A stretch of DNA of 64,000 nt from an uncultured Nitrospinota bacterium (GTDB lineage: Bacteria; Tectomicrobia; Entotheonellia; J063; CAVPRW01). The notes beneath the pieces were generated by a model, which had not been told where the DNA came from, did not search any database, and saw nothing but the letters and a program-made list of their open reading frames with translations. Shown here one piece after another: positions 11,975 to 23,663 of this stretch (positions within the stretch are counted from its first letter, which is position 1; every line of letters begins with the position of its first letter). A program made the translations under genes and the position numbers. The DNA is taken from NCBI GenBank assembly GCA_963707985.1, contig CAVPRW010000005.1, forward strand, positions 64,001 to 128,000, in the 5' to 3' direction.

Positions 11975-13189
11975 ATGACGATGCAGCTCGCCAAGCTGTC
12001 GATCGCCGATGTACCGATTGCCGGGAAGCGAGTCTTCATTCGCGTGGACTTCAACGTGCCCCTCGATAGGCAGGGGCACGTCACAGACGACACACGTATC
12101 CGGGCCTCGCTCCCGACCATCCAGTATGCTACGGACAGAGGCGCGCAGGTGATCTTGGCCTCGCATCTGGGGCGTCCGGCCGGCAAGGTCGAGCCGCGCT
12201 ACAGTCTCACACCGGTGGCTGAGTGCCTGTCAGGGTTGCTGGGGAAGAATATTCCCCTGGCGGACGATTGCGTCGGACCGACAGTGGAAACCTTGGTGGG
12301 ACAGATGCAGGCGGGGGACATCCTGCTCCTGGAGAATCTGCGGTTCCACGCGGAGGAAGAAAAGAACGACGCCATGTTTGCGCAGCAGCTGGCGCGGCTG
12401 GCAGATGTCTATGTCAATGATGCCTTTGGTACCGCCCACCGCGCCCACGCCTCGACCGAAGGGATGACGAAATTTCTCCCCGTGGCGGTTGCGGGCCTCC
12501 TCATGCAGGCGGAGCTCACGCACTTAGGGCAATTACTGGCGACTCCCGAGCGCCCCTACATCGCGATTTTGGGTGGTGCCAAGGTCTCTGACAAAATCGG
12601 TTTGATCTTCAACCTGTTGCCCCGGCTGAATCGTGTACTGATCGGGGGCGGAATGGCGTATACCTTTCTCGTAGCCCAAGGAGTGCCGGTCGGCAATTCG
12701 CTGGTCGAGGCCGACAAAGTCGACGTCGCACGAGACATTCTCACCAGGGCCGCCGCGCTGGGAGTGAGCGTCCAGCTCCCCGAGGATCACGTGATCGCCG
12801 AACGCCTCGATGCCAGCGCCACGATACAGAGTGTGCCAAAAGATGGCATTCCGGCGGGATGGATGGGTGTGGACATTGGACCACAGACGGTTGAGGCCTT
12901 TCGCAAGGCGATTAGTGAGGCCAAGACGGTGGTCTGGAATGGGCCCATGGGAGTGTTTGAGATCGCCCCCTTTGCGCAGGGAACCAATGCGGTGGCGATG
13001 GCTGTCGCGTCGTCGCAGGCTACCACCATCGTCGGCGGTGGCGACAGTGTGGCCGCCATCAATCAGGTGGGAGTGGCAGATCGCATCACGCACATTTCGA
13101 CTGGTGGTGGAGCATTTTTAGAGCTGCTCGAAGGACGTGAGCTGCCAGGGGTGACGGCCCTCACGGATAAGCCAGGAGCGGGAGCCTGA
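11975..13189 (+). CDS. pgk: Phosphoglycerate kinase
   Basis: RVDFNVP, SHLGRP, LLENLRF, NDAFGTAHRAHAS, WNGPMG, STGGGA. Confidence 0.98.
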   Translation: MTMQLAKLSIADVPIAGKRVFIRVDFNVPLDRQGHVTDDTRIRASLPTIQYATDRGAQVILASHLGRPAGKVEPRYSLTPVAECLSGLLGKNIPLADDCVGPTVETLVGQMQAGDILLLENLRFHAEEEKNDAMFAQQLARLADVYVNDAFGTAHRAHASTEGMTKFLPVAVAGLLMQAELTHLGQLLATPERPYIAILGGAKVSDKIGLIFNLLPRLNRVLIGGGMAYTFLVAQGVPVGNSLVEADKVDVARDILTRAAALGVSVQLPEDHVIAERLDASATIQSVPKDGIPAGWMGVDIGPQTVEAFRKAISEAKTVVWNGPMGVFEIAPFAQGTNAVAMAVASSQATTIVGGGDSVAAINQVGVADRITHISTGGGAFLELLEGRELPGVTALTDKPGAGA

Positions 13190-13192
13190 TCA

Positions 13193-13951
13193 ATGCGCCG
13201 ACCGATCATCGTGGGCAACTGGAAGATGCATAAGACCACTGCTGAGGCCGTGGCACTGGTAGAAGATCTGCGCTCGTTAGTGGCGCAGGTTCAGGATGTG
13301 GATATCGGTGTGGCGCCGCCATATACTGCGCTCATGGCGGTCGCTGAGGCGTTGCACGGCTCGACAATTTTCGTCAGTGCACAGAACATGCACGGGGAGC
13401 CACAGGGGGCGTATACGGGTGAGATCTCCGCAGCGATGTTGCGCGATGCCGGCTGCACGCGGGTGATCGTCGGGCACTCAGAGCGGCGTCAATACTTTGC
13501 CGAGACCGATGCGACGGTGAATAGAAAGCTGCGGGCGGCGTTGAACGCTCAGCTTGATCCCATTCTGTGCATCGGTGAGACGCTTGATCAACGTGAAGCC
13601 AACGCCACTTTCAGCGTGCTGGCACGGCAAATCCGCCAGGGGTTGGCGGACATTGCATCCGGAGACATGTCACGGGTCGTGATAGCGTATGAACCCATTT
13701 GGGCCATTGGCACCGGCAAGACCGCCACTCCGGATCAGGCACAGGAGGTGCATGCATTCATCCGCAGCCTGCTGGGGGAGCTATACGGAAAAGCTGTTGC
13801 GGACGAAGCGCGTATCCAGTATGGTGGGAGCGTCAATGCCGGGAATATTCGCCCGCTCATGACCCAGCCGGACGTGGACGGGGCCTTGGTAGGTGGCGCG
13901 AGTCTGGAAGCGTCTTCCTTTGCGCAGATTGTGTCGTTCCAAAGGGGGTAG
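13193..13951 (+). CDS. tpiA: Triosephosphate isomerase
   Basis: GNWKM, GHSERR, AYEPIWAIGTG, YGGSV, LVGGAS. Confidence 0.98.
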   Translation: MRRPIIVGNWKMHKTTAEAVALVEDLRSLVAQVQDVDIGVAPPYTALMAVAEALHGSTIFVSAQNMHGEPQGAYTGEISAAMLRDAGCTRVIVGHSERRQYFAETDATVNRKLRAALNAQLDPILCIGETLDQREANATFSVLARQIRQGLADIASGDMSRVVIAYEPIWAIGTGKTATPDQAQEVHAFIRSLLGELYGKAVADEARIQYGGSVNAGNIRPLMTQPDVDGALVGGASLEASSFAQIVSFQRG

Positions 13952-13955
13952 TACA

Positions 13956-14375
13956 GTGCCGGTCTGGTTGTATGTCCCACTCGTCGTTGTCCATGTGATG
14001 GTGGCCGTTGCCCTGGTTCTGATTGTTCTGTTGCAGGCTGGCAAGGGGGCAGGCATCGGGGCCGCGTTTGGGGGGGCGAGCCAAACGGTGTTTGGACCGC
14101 GAGGACCGGGTAATTTTCTGAGCAAACTCACCACTGCTGCGGCAGGCATTTTTATGGTGACCTCACTGGTATTGGCAATTTTCTCCTCGCAATACGTCGG
14201 GGGTTCGGTCATCATGAGTGCACCTGCACCAAAACCTGAAGCGACCTCGATCATGATACCATCCGGGGGCGAGCAGACAGCTCCGAGCATACCTGGCGCA
14301 TCAGAGAGCCCTGGGACGCTTGAGACTCCTGTTCCACAAAGCGAAGAGACCGACAAGCCACCGACGCAGCCATAG
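13956..14375 (+). CDS. secG: Preprotein translocase subunit SecG
   Basis: VLLQAGKGAGIGAAFGGASQTVFG, two TM segments, conserved position after tpiA. Confidence 0.95.
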   Translation: MPVWLYVPLVVVHVMVAVALVLIVLLQAGKGAGIGAAFGGASQTVFGPRGPGNFLSKLTTAAAGIFMVTSLVLAIFSSQYVGGSVIMSAPAPKPEATSIMIPSGGEQTAPSIPGASESPGTLETPVPQSEETDKPPTQP

Positions 14376-14445
14376 GTAATTCTCATACGTATCAGCATAG
14401 CATATAGCGGTGGCCGTTCTTGTGATGACGAGGATTTGCTGTCAT

Positions 14446-14529
<84 letters not shown>

Positions 14530-14584
14530 TTTTGGAGTTTATTTCCTATAAATTCAATGGATTACCTGCTTTGAGGTGTGCGGT

Positions 14585-14607
14585 AGCTAACGATTAGCTA
14601 ACGAACT
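14585..14607 (+). repeat. Putative integrase arm-type site, left
   Basis: AGCTAACGATTAGCTAACGAACT; 22/23 identical to 36999-37021. Confidence 0.7.
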
Positions 14608-14798
14608 TCCGCAAACGCTAACAGGAGCTCATGCCAGCCGGCTTTGCTATGGTTTGATACATTATCCTGCCCGTAACTCTGAATTTCCCACACAGGATTT
14701 GACATAAAGACCTTCCGAATACCCTGAGAGAGGAGCTTACTGGGGTGTCGCTTTTTGCCTAAAACATCGCCAACCTCAAGTCTTGGAAGGCCGCTACG

Positions 14799-16635
14799 TA
14801 GTGGCCGCTAGTTTATTCCTCATCCTCATCGGACTTGTGAAGTTGAGCATGGCGTCGTATTCTGTCGCTCTCGTTGCGGCTTTGATCACCGCGTCGGTCG
14901 CGTGTGGCCATGCAGCATGACGTCGGAGTGCTCGCATACCCCTTTCCGCAGGTGCTGAGGGGCGTGTGCCTTGCACAGAGGTAGAGGGGTGGCCGACGCC
15001 ATGATCGAAGCCCGCGTTGCCCCGGTCATCAGGAGAGTGCACGATGCGCCTTCTGCGCGGCCTGCAGCCTTGGTTGAGCGGCACGGGACTGCCGCTGCAA
15101 GTGGCCGACTGTGTGCCTGACACCCATCCCCTGCGCCAATGGGCCGATACCTTTCCCTGGACTGCTCTGGTGGCTGCCATTGCGCACAGTTTTGCCACAC
15201 GCGTCCCCACACGTTCCCTGCGTGGACGAGCCCCGATGCCAGTCCGGGTCTTGTTGGCTCTGGAGCGGCTCAAACATGACGTGGGCGCTGCCGATGAGGC
15301 CATCTGCCACCGCTTGCGCACGGACGTTGCCGTGATGTACGCCTGTGGCCTCCAGGAGTACCAGGCGCCTCGCTCGCAAGGACACGTTGTCCTCCCAGAG
15401 ACGCTCTGTGCGTTTCGTGGCCGTATTGACGAGGTCCTGATGGATGAGCGCATCGCCATCCAAGCGGCCGCCGCGATGGAAGCTGGTCTGGTCAGTCCCG
15501 CCCCTCTCGTCATCGATACCGTTCCGTGTGCACAAGGGAGCCCACGGGTGACCGATGCCACCACGCGGTATAAGGCGCAAAAAAACCCCTCGAGCTGATG
15601 GCCCGCATCCCGCCGCGATGCGGAAGCCAAGCCACGCAGCTCAAGCACCCAGCCCACCACCTGCAACCGGAACTCCCCAAAGTCATGCGTGGCTTTGGTC
15701 GCCAAGGCCGAGGGCACGGGCACGTCTTCGTGACGCTGGTGCGCCACACGGAACAACAGCTCCTGGAGCTTGGCAAGCCCAGCACCGCGCTTGGGCAACC
15801 AGCCCAGCAACTCCTCGCGCAGGCGACAGCGCTGCGCGACTCCACGCGCCAGCGTTTGGCCGATGCGTTCAGCGCGGCGATGAGCAGTCCTGCCCACATC
15901 CGCCAACAATCCACCCAGCTCACCCAAGGCAAAAAACGCTGCCACGCTAAACTCGTCCATGCCGATGATCTCACCCTCGCACCCATCCGCACAGGCAAGA
16001 GCCATGGTCCCGCGCAATTTGGTCGCAAGCCCGGTATGGTGTCGGAACCTGCCACGGGCTTGATCTTGGCCCATCGGGGGCCAGAGGGCCACCCCTAGGA
16101 TGCCAGTGATGGGTTGCCCTTGCTTGACCAGGTGCAACGCGCCCTCGACCGTGTCCGCGCGCTCCCGCGGCTCCGGGTCCACTCGGTGGCGGGGGATCTC
16201 GGGATCAATGCTGCGGTCCTGCGTCAGGCGCTTCATGCGCGAGGTCTGCTCACCATTGGCATCCCCAAGACCGTCGAGCCGATCAACCCCACCCCCACCC
16301 CTGAGGAGATGCACGCCATCCTCGCCGAGGCGGGCTGACACCGTCAGCGCACTCCTGACCAAGTACAGTTGGCCTGTGCGTGTGGCTCTAGTCGCCCGGT
16401 GGTGGAACGCCACATCGCCAGTGTACTCTCGCGCGGCGCCGGCCAGGTGCGTGACAAAGGCTTACAAGGCGCTGTCGTCCAACAGGGAATGACCGTCATG
16501 GCCCATCACGGTGCAACGCTGGTACGCATCCGGCGCCAGCGACTGTCAAAACGGGCGCAAAAGTTCCGCCGATTGCTTGGATTAAGACCCCATAACATCA
16601 ATCAAATCAATAATCAAATAAACTAGTGACCACTA
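14799..16635 (+). mobile_element. Insertion sequence (IS5-like, family tentative), degenerate
   Basis: 19-bp imperfect TIRs TAGTGGCCGCTAGTTTATT (14799-14817) and AATAAACTAGTGACCACTA (16617-16635), 17/19; transposase inside. Confidence 0.8.
15044..16626 (+). pseudogene. DDE transposase with frameshift at an A7 run (~15579) and in-frame stops at 16096 and 16336
   Basis: HPLRQWAD..PW, GRAP, LVIDT, GKS..PAQFGRK, VAGDLG, RPVVERHI segments. Confidence 0.75.
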
Positions 16636-19600
16636 ATTAAGGAGCTACTGTTTCGTGGTGTCCTCAGCAAAGTGCTGATCATCACGCCGGGCGGGCTCAC
16701 CGGCCAATGGCGCGATGAGATGCAGGACAAATTTGGTCTCTCGTTCCGCGTGATCAACCGCGCGTCGTTTGATGCAGAGCCGGGGCAATTTGCCAGGGCC
16801 GAGGACGGGCTGTTCATCACCTCGATCGATTTTATTGCGAGACACGAAGGTTGTCTGAATGCCTCGAAGGAAACGCAATGGGATTCTCATCGTCGTCGAT
16901 GAAGCCCATAAACTCTCGGCCTACGAGTATGGGACCAAAGTCGAGCGGAGTGACCGCTATCAGGCGATCGAAACCTTGGCGCCACGTGCCGATCATCTCC
17001 TGTTCCTGACCGCCACGCCGCATCGAGGGCGACGAGATACCTTCCGTCGGCTGCTCATGCTGCTGGATCAAGATCTCTTTCAGAAAGATGAACTTGTGAC
17101 GAAGCGCATCCATGAAGAGGTCGGGATCTATTCTACCCAAACCGAAGCGTTCGAAGGCGAAGCCACCATCAATAAAGCCCGCAATCGCTTCTTCCTACGT
17201 CGCCTGAAGGAAGAGATGGTCAATTGGGAGAATCAGCCGCTGTTTCGACCGCGCTACACCAATACCCCTGGCTACGAATTGACGCCTGAAGAACTCGACC
17301 TCTACGACGCGGTGACGCGCTACGTGCGTGCACGGCGCCAAGTGGCCAAGGCGCGCAAGAACCGCAACGTCGAACTCACCTTAATGGTCATGCAGCGACG
17401 CCTCGCCAGCAGCATCTACGCCATCACGCGTACCCTGCAAAACCGTCTCTCAGCGCTTGACGAGATCTTGAAGATTCTGCGCGACCCATTCCGCCCCACC
17501 GCTGAGAAGAGTCGCTTGTTACGGGGGAGCACCGACGATCTGCCAGATGATATTGGGCAATATGAAGAGCTGGATGAAACCCAGCGTGACGAGGTGGACA
17601 AGCGCATCTTTCGCCAGGTGCTCAGCGACGATCCCGAAGAGGTGAAGCACGAACGCGATGAAGTGTCTGGACTCCTAAAGATGGCGGAGGCATTGCGGCA
17701 TCACAATGAGGCGAAGTTCGTCGAGCTCCTATCAGTCCTTGACTCGTCGGATGTGATCCGCCGCGAGGACGAAAAACTGCTCATCTTTACTGAACACAAG
17801 GACACCCTGGACAGCCTCACCACACGGCTGCGCAACAAAGGGTATACGGTGGCCACCATCCACGGCAGCATGGACGTGGAAGAGCGCAAGCAAGCACAGC
17901 TGAACTTCCGCACGCGCGCCAAGATCATGATTGCCACCGAGGCCGCGGGCGAAGGAATTAACTTGCAGTTCTGCCGCTACCTCATCAACTGGGATATCCC
18001 TTGGAACCCTAATCGTCTGGAACAGCGAATGGGGAGGATTCACCGCTACGGTCAACGCGAGGATGTGTGGGTGTACAGCCTTGTGGCAATTAACACCCGC
18101 GAGGGTGCGGTGCTGCAGCGCATCTTGAGCAAACTGGATGTGATGCGCGAGCAAATGGGCACGGATCGCGTCTATGATGTGATCGACGAGTTACTCGAAG
18201 AAGTCCCGCTCCTTCGCTTGCTCGAACAGTCCATCGACGCAGAAAGCGGCACTCAGGCCGCATCGGAGACGGAGCAATGCCTTAGCAGCGGGCTTGAGCA
18301 GAGGGCAGAGGCGCTCATCGCCTTACAGAAGAAGCAATCACTCGCATCGAGGCTCGATTTGCGGCAGGCACGCAAGCTGCGTGATGATTCCGATGAGCGC
18401 CGTCTGCAGCCACGCTTCGCGCAACGATTTTTCGATAAGGCATATCGTGCGGCGAGCGGCACGGTAAACGAAGATAAGCACTTTCCAGTCTTTCACCTCG
18501 GGCGCACGCCCAGTGAACTCCTCAACATCGCACGGCAGATGCGTCTCCCGGTTCCGGACAAGTATGACACGCCCTTTGTATTTGACAAGGAACTGGTCAG
18601 CGTCGCCAGTCAAGTGCGCGTACCGGAGCACACGAAGCTGCTGGGTCCGGGACATCCGCTCTTTGATACCTTGATCGAATGGGCGATTCGGCGCGCGCGT
18701 GAGGCGTTCACGAAAGGCGCCATGCTGATTGACCCGAACATCGCCCGCCCACAGCGAATCTGGCTGGTTCGCTCCTGCATTGAGGATGGTCGGCACGAAG
18801 AGAAAAAGCGCCTGGCCCATGAGCATCTGAGCGTGGTAGTCGCCGACCATTTGGGGTTGCGTGCGACGTCGCCCGCCAATCTCCTCAACCACACCACCCC
18901 TGAGGTTTCCATCGAACGCCCAGTGTTCCCAGACCAGCCCACTGACGAGGTGCAGCTATGGGCCTATGAGCAATTGACCGAGCCACAATTAGCCAGGGTA
19001 CAAGATCACCGCCAGGCGGAGTGCGAGCTGCGACGCCAGTATCTCGAAACCACCTTCACTGACCTAATTTTGGAATTACAAGACCAGCTCAACGACCTCC
19101 AGCAGGCGCAGCTCCTCGGCGACGACGACACCGAAGAGCGCCAGAAGTTGGAGCGGCGTATCCAACAGCTCAAAGCACGCAAAGCTCAGAGGCTTGGCGA
19201 ACTGGATCTGATGTTGCGCCTGAGCGCCAATCTGCCGGATATCGTCACCTCGGCACTTGTGCTACCTGCGCCTGTGGCCATCGTTGAGCCGGAAGTCAAG
19301 TCGCCCTCGCATGGCATGCCAATGCGTCGGGATGATGAGGTCGAGCGCATTGCGATGGATGTGTCTATGCGTTACGAGAGTAGTCGCGGTTGGATACCGC
19401 ACGACGTGTCATCAGATGGCGAACACTATGACGTCCGCTCAGAATCGCCTGCGGGGTAGATCCGCTTTATCGAGGTCAAGGGACGTGCAACCTCGGGGGC
19501 CATCGTCTTGACGGCGCCTGAGGTAGATAAACTTCAGCAATTAGCCGATCGTGCGTTCTTGTACATTGCCACCTACTGCAAAGGCGAGAGGCCACGTCTA

Positions 19601-19729
19601 CACATCATTCAGAATCCGATGGCGCTGCTGACGCCAGAGATGCTTTACCGTCAAGTCCAATATCTCGTGGACGAACAAGACTGGCAGCAGAAGGGAGAAA
19701 CGGTACATGACGTGCCCACGGTTGGTTGA
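16636..19729 (+). pseudogene. SNF2-family helicase with C-terminal DUF3883-like nuclease; 5'-truncated, frameshift ~16885, stop at 19457
   Basis: LIKELL..VLIITP, VVDEAH, LTATPH, RRLKE, IFTEH, ATEAAGEGINLQ, LEQRMGRIHRYGQ, YDVRS..FIEVKG; Walker A missing. Confidence 0.85.
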
Positions 19730-21851
19730 GGTCGCCCTGCCGATCCGCGAAATCTCAGCCGAAAGTGTACGCGATAAATCCTTGCGACATGGCCATATCT
19801 CTACGCTCCACCTGTGGTGGGCTCGGAGGCCGCTGGCGGCATCGCGGGCCGTGGTGTTTGCCTCGCTCGTGCCAGATCCGGATGATCCCTTCTGCCCGGC
19901 TGAATTTCGAGAGGCCGTGATCCGGTTGCTCAAGCACCATGTACCCACACTCCTGAAGTATTATGGACAGGGGCGCAAAGCAGTCAGAGATCCTGACCCG
20001 TACCAGCCCTATGCTGGAATGCCCGACACGCCGCACAACCGGTTGCTCACCTTTATTGCCAGGTGGTCGCCAGAGTGGATCGCCTTCGAAAAGGGCGAGA
20101 ATGGCAAGCAACCCAAGCCTGATACTATGCTCGATGACCGCTGTCTGGTAAAGTGGGAGACGAGCGATCCACAGAACCCCCAGGGACACGAAGTGCTGCG
20201 CATCGCCCGCGAGCTGGTGCGACTGGCCAACGGTGGGTCTGTCCCTGTGGTGCTTGACCCCTTTGCGGGCGGTGGCGCCATCCCCTTAGAGGCGGCGCGG
20301 CTTGGGTGCCAGGCCAGTGCCCATGATTATAATCCCGTAGCCTATCTCATCCTGCGCGCCACGTGCGAGTTCCCGCAGCGCTTTGGGAGACCGAAGGATA
20401 TCAAGCAGACAACTGGGTATACGGGCATACAACAGCCGCTCATAGTGCCCGAATCCAAAAAGGCGATTTCTCAGATCCCGAATCGCTTAGCTCATGATGT
20501 CGAGTACTGGGCGAGATGGATACTGGAGCGCGCACGAGCACGTATCGGACATCTCTACCCGCCGGGCCAGGATGGCTATCCCGTGGTTGGTTATCTCTGG
20601 GCGCGCACCGCTCCATGTTCTAACCCTACGTGCCGCGCGGAGATCCCGCTGCTACGCAGTCTTCTCGTCTGCAACAAATCAGCTAAACTCGTCGCACTAG
20701 CAATGATGAGACAAGGCAAGCAGGTCACCTTTGGCATTGCCAAGGACAAGGACATTACTGAAACTGAAGGTACGATGCTGAATCGCGGCGACTGCCGCTG
20801 TCCTACTTGTCAGCAGACCACGCCCGTGGAAGACCTGCGTAATGCAGGGTTGGAAGGCAAGTTGAGCGAGCGTATGGTTACAGTTATAACCGACACTCCG
20901 CAGGGTAAGGATTACCACCCCGTGCAGCCAATGGATTTGGAGGCTTTTGAGAAAGCTAAACAGCTGGCTGAAACGGCAGAGCGACCAAGCGAACCTATAT
21001 TGCCTGAAATAACGAGCAGCGACGGTGAGAGCATCGCCAACTCAACGGGTATCCGCGTCCACCTCTACGGTATGAGGACGTGGGGATCACTGTTCAACCC
21101 ACGCCAACTGCTGGCCATGCAAACCTTCATCGCCTGCTTGCGTGAGTTGCTAGTAAAACTGGAGCGGCTCGAGCCAGATGCTGAATATCGCAAAGCAGTG
21201 GTGGCGTATTTGGGGCTGTGGATAAGTAAATACTCCATGAACTCAACGTGTGTTGGGTTATGGAAAAATTATGGCGAATACATGATTCCACCATTTGCGA
21301 ACCAAGCGATTCCAATGGTATGGGATTATCCCGAAGGCAATCCATTTACAGAAGGCACCGGTGGGGTTCTTGACTCAACTCGACTGGATTCTTCGCGTAA
21401 TTTCACATGAGTCACCGCCACCCACGTCATTATGCCTGCCTTCCCAAGTCCTCTATGGAGACGGCGCTCATCTGCCGTTAGAGGATAATACCGTTGATGC
21501 TGTCGTTACCGACCCGCCCTACTTTGACGCTATTGCATATGCTGATCTATCTGACCTCTTCTACGTCTGGCTCAAGCGTGGACTGGGCGATATTTTCCCG
21601 GAAGCCTTTGCTACACCGCTTACGCCCAAGAGTAGCGAAGCCACTGCACTCAGGCATCGGCACAATGGGGATGCCGACAAAGCAACACTGCATTTTGTGC
21701 GTAAATTGGCCGGCTGTTTTGCCGAAAGCAAGCGGGCGTGCAAATCCCATGGTGTAATAGCCGTTATGTTCGCCCACCAATCCACCGAGGCGTGGACAGC
21801 GCTCATTCATGCGCTTTTTGAAGCCGATTTGACGGTGACCGCAACTTATCC

Positions 21852-23663
21852 CTCATGGTTCGCTCATTTTTAGGGCGGTTTGTGAGCATCGGGACAGAGC
21901 CTCATAGAGATGTCCACCGTGAAGTTCAGGAGTGCGAGAATGCGCCGTTGGACACGGGAGAGCGGCGTCAGATGAGACCGCCGGCGACGCCCTTCCCGGC
22001 TGATCGTCAGGGTCAGTCCCTCAAAGCGTTTGAGCAGGCGCTCGGTCGTGGGGCGGGCCGTCGCCCGCTGCGGGTTCCCGGCATACCGCTCCGTCAGCAC
22101 CGTCCGTGCCGCGGCCCACCGCTGGCGGACCACACACGCCAGCAGGGTCAAGACCCGCAACCCCACCGACAGGAGTCGGATCAAGCCGGTGGCCTGGTCA
22201 TCCCGCTCCAGGTCCATCGGCGTCAAGGACAAGGGATGCCCTTTCAGCCGGCCCCTGTCGCTCTCAACGAGGTCGTGGCTGCGGTAGGCCAACACCGCTT
22301 GGGCCAAGGGGAGCTGGTCGGGGGGCGCATTGGTGGCGTATACCCGCCACCCCAACCGACTGATGGCGACTGCCACCGCCTGACGATCGACGACGGCCTG
22401 CACCCGAACGTCGCGCTCCACCTGGACCGTCGCGGGCCGGCTGCCATAGCGCCGCAGCCGGCGCTTGTACACCCATTCGGTGTACGGCACCGCCAGCAGC
22501 CCATGCACCCGGTGCCGGGGCAGGATCGCCTCCACCGCTGCCTGCAGCGCGGGCCGTGCGGTGCACCGCGGCTGACCCCGCCCCCGCTGGTTGAGCGCGG
22601 CCACCGCGGCCCGCGCCTTGGTCAACCGCGCGCGCAGCCCCGTCTCCCCCGCGCGGACCAGCTGGCGCGAGCGCACCACCAGCCGCCGTTCCCTCCACCT
22701 GAGGGCCTGCCCATCCACGGCCATGGTCAGGGACTCCAGCCGTTCGTAGCCGTCGGCAATATGCGCCCGTTGGCCGCTGGCGCTCACGCGGGTGATGCGG
22801 CTCAGCGGTTGTTGCTCCGTCCAGACCGGCAGCAGATAGCTCTCCAGCACCGCAGGCGGCAGCTGGACCTCCGCCAGCGGACACCGGTAGGCGTCGCCCC
22901 CCGCCTGGAGGAAGGCCCGCGTCTCCCGCGCGGCCATCTTGCAGTCCCCGACGTACAGCAACCCCCGACGCCCCAGGCTCGCACGCACCCGCGTGATGGC
23001 GGGCACATACACAGGATCAGCGGCTCGCTGCCCCGGCACGACGTCCGTCGCCACCGGCATCCCCAGGGGATCCAGGGCCGACCGCCTGATCTTGACCTGC
23101 GGCAGGTCGGGGCGATGATCCTTGCTGTGGCCGAACTGAAACCGCCCGTCTTCGGTCACACTCCAGTGGCCATTGGCCGTGGTGCTATCCCGGCGCACCC
23201 GCTCTGGCTTCAGGTCATACACGCACCACAATGGCTGGGTCCAGACGCCTTCAAACGCCTGCCCGTGTCCATCATCACTCAAGGCCTCCAGCACCCCCGC
23301 CAGCCGGTCGTCGCTCACGTCCAGGGGATGGAGCGGCTGCCCGGTGCAGCTGCGCAGGGTGTGGAGTCGCTGCTTGGCCCAGGGTTCCACAGGATGCAGC
23401 CGATGGTTCGCTTCCGACCAGGATATGGGTCCACCAGACCACGGTCACCCAGCCCAGGCTGAGGCCCACCCAGTTACCATGGGTGGGAACATGCTCGTCC
23501 AGCAAGGGCTGCACCCCCAGGCGGTCGAGTTGGGCCACCAGTACGGGAAGATCATCGACGCGTTCGCTGGCAATGGTCAGGGACTCGGCCATGGTGCACC
23601 TCCTTTCCGTCCGAGACCCGACCACAATTGTTGAAACCCCTCAAAAAATGAGCGAACCATGAG
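21852..23663 (-). mobile_element. IS1634-like insertion sequence
   Basis: Perfect 20-bp TIRs CTCATGGTTCGCTCATTTTT / AAAAATGAGCGAACCATGAG; 6-bp target duplication TTATCC at 21846-21851 and 23664-23669. Confidence 0.92.
21870..23592 (-). pseudogene. IS1634-like DDE transposase, frameshifted (~23415) and heavily mutated
   Basis: ERVDD.P, DDRL, DSTT, FGHSKDHRPDLPQ, YVGDCKM, GWRVYATN, LAYR. Confidence 0.85.

Noticed and set aside
15575..15590. A7 run at the transposase frame change as a novel recoding signal
   Set aside because: A-run frameshifting is well known in IS elements.
14794..16413. 539-aa minus-strand ORF
   Set aside because: Antisense shadow of the GC-rich transposase; no recognisable motifs.
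21855..23462. 535-aa plus-strand ORF
   Set aside because: Antisense shadow of the IS1634-like transposase; stop codons are scarce because of high GC.
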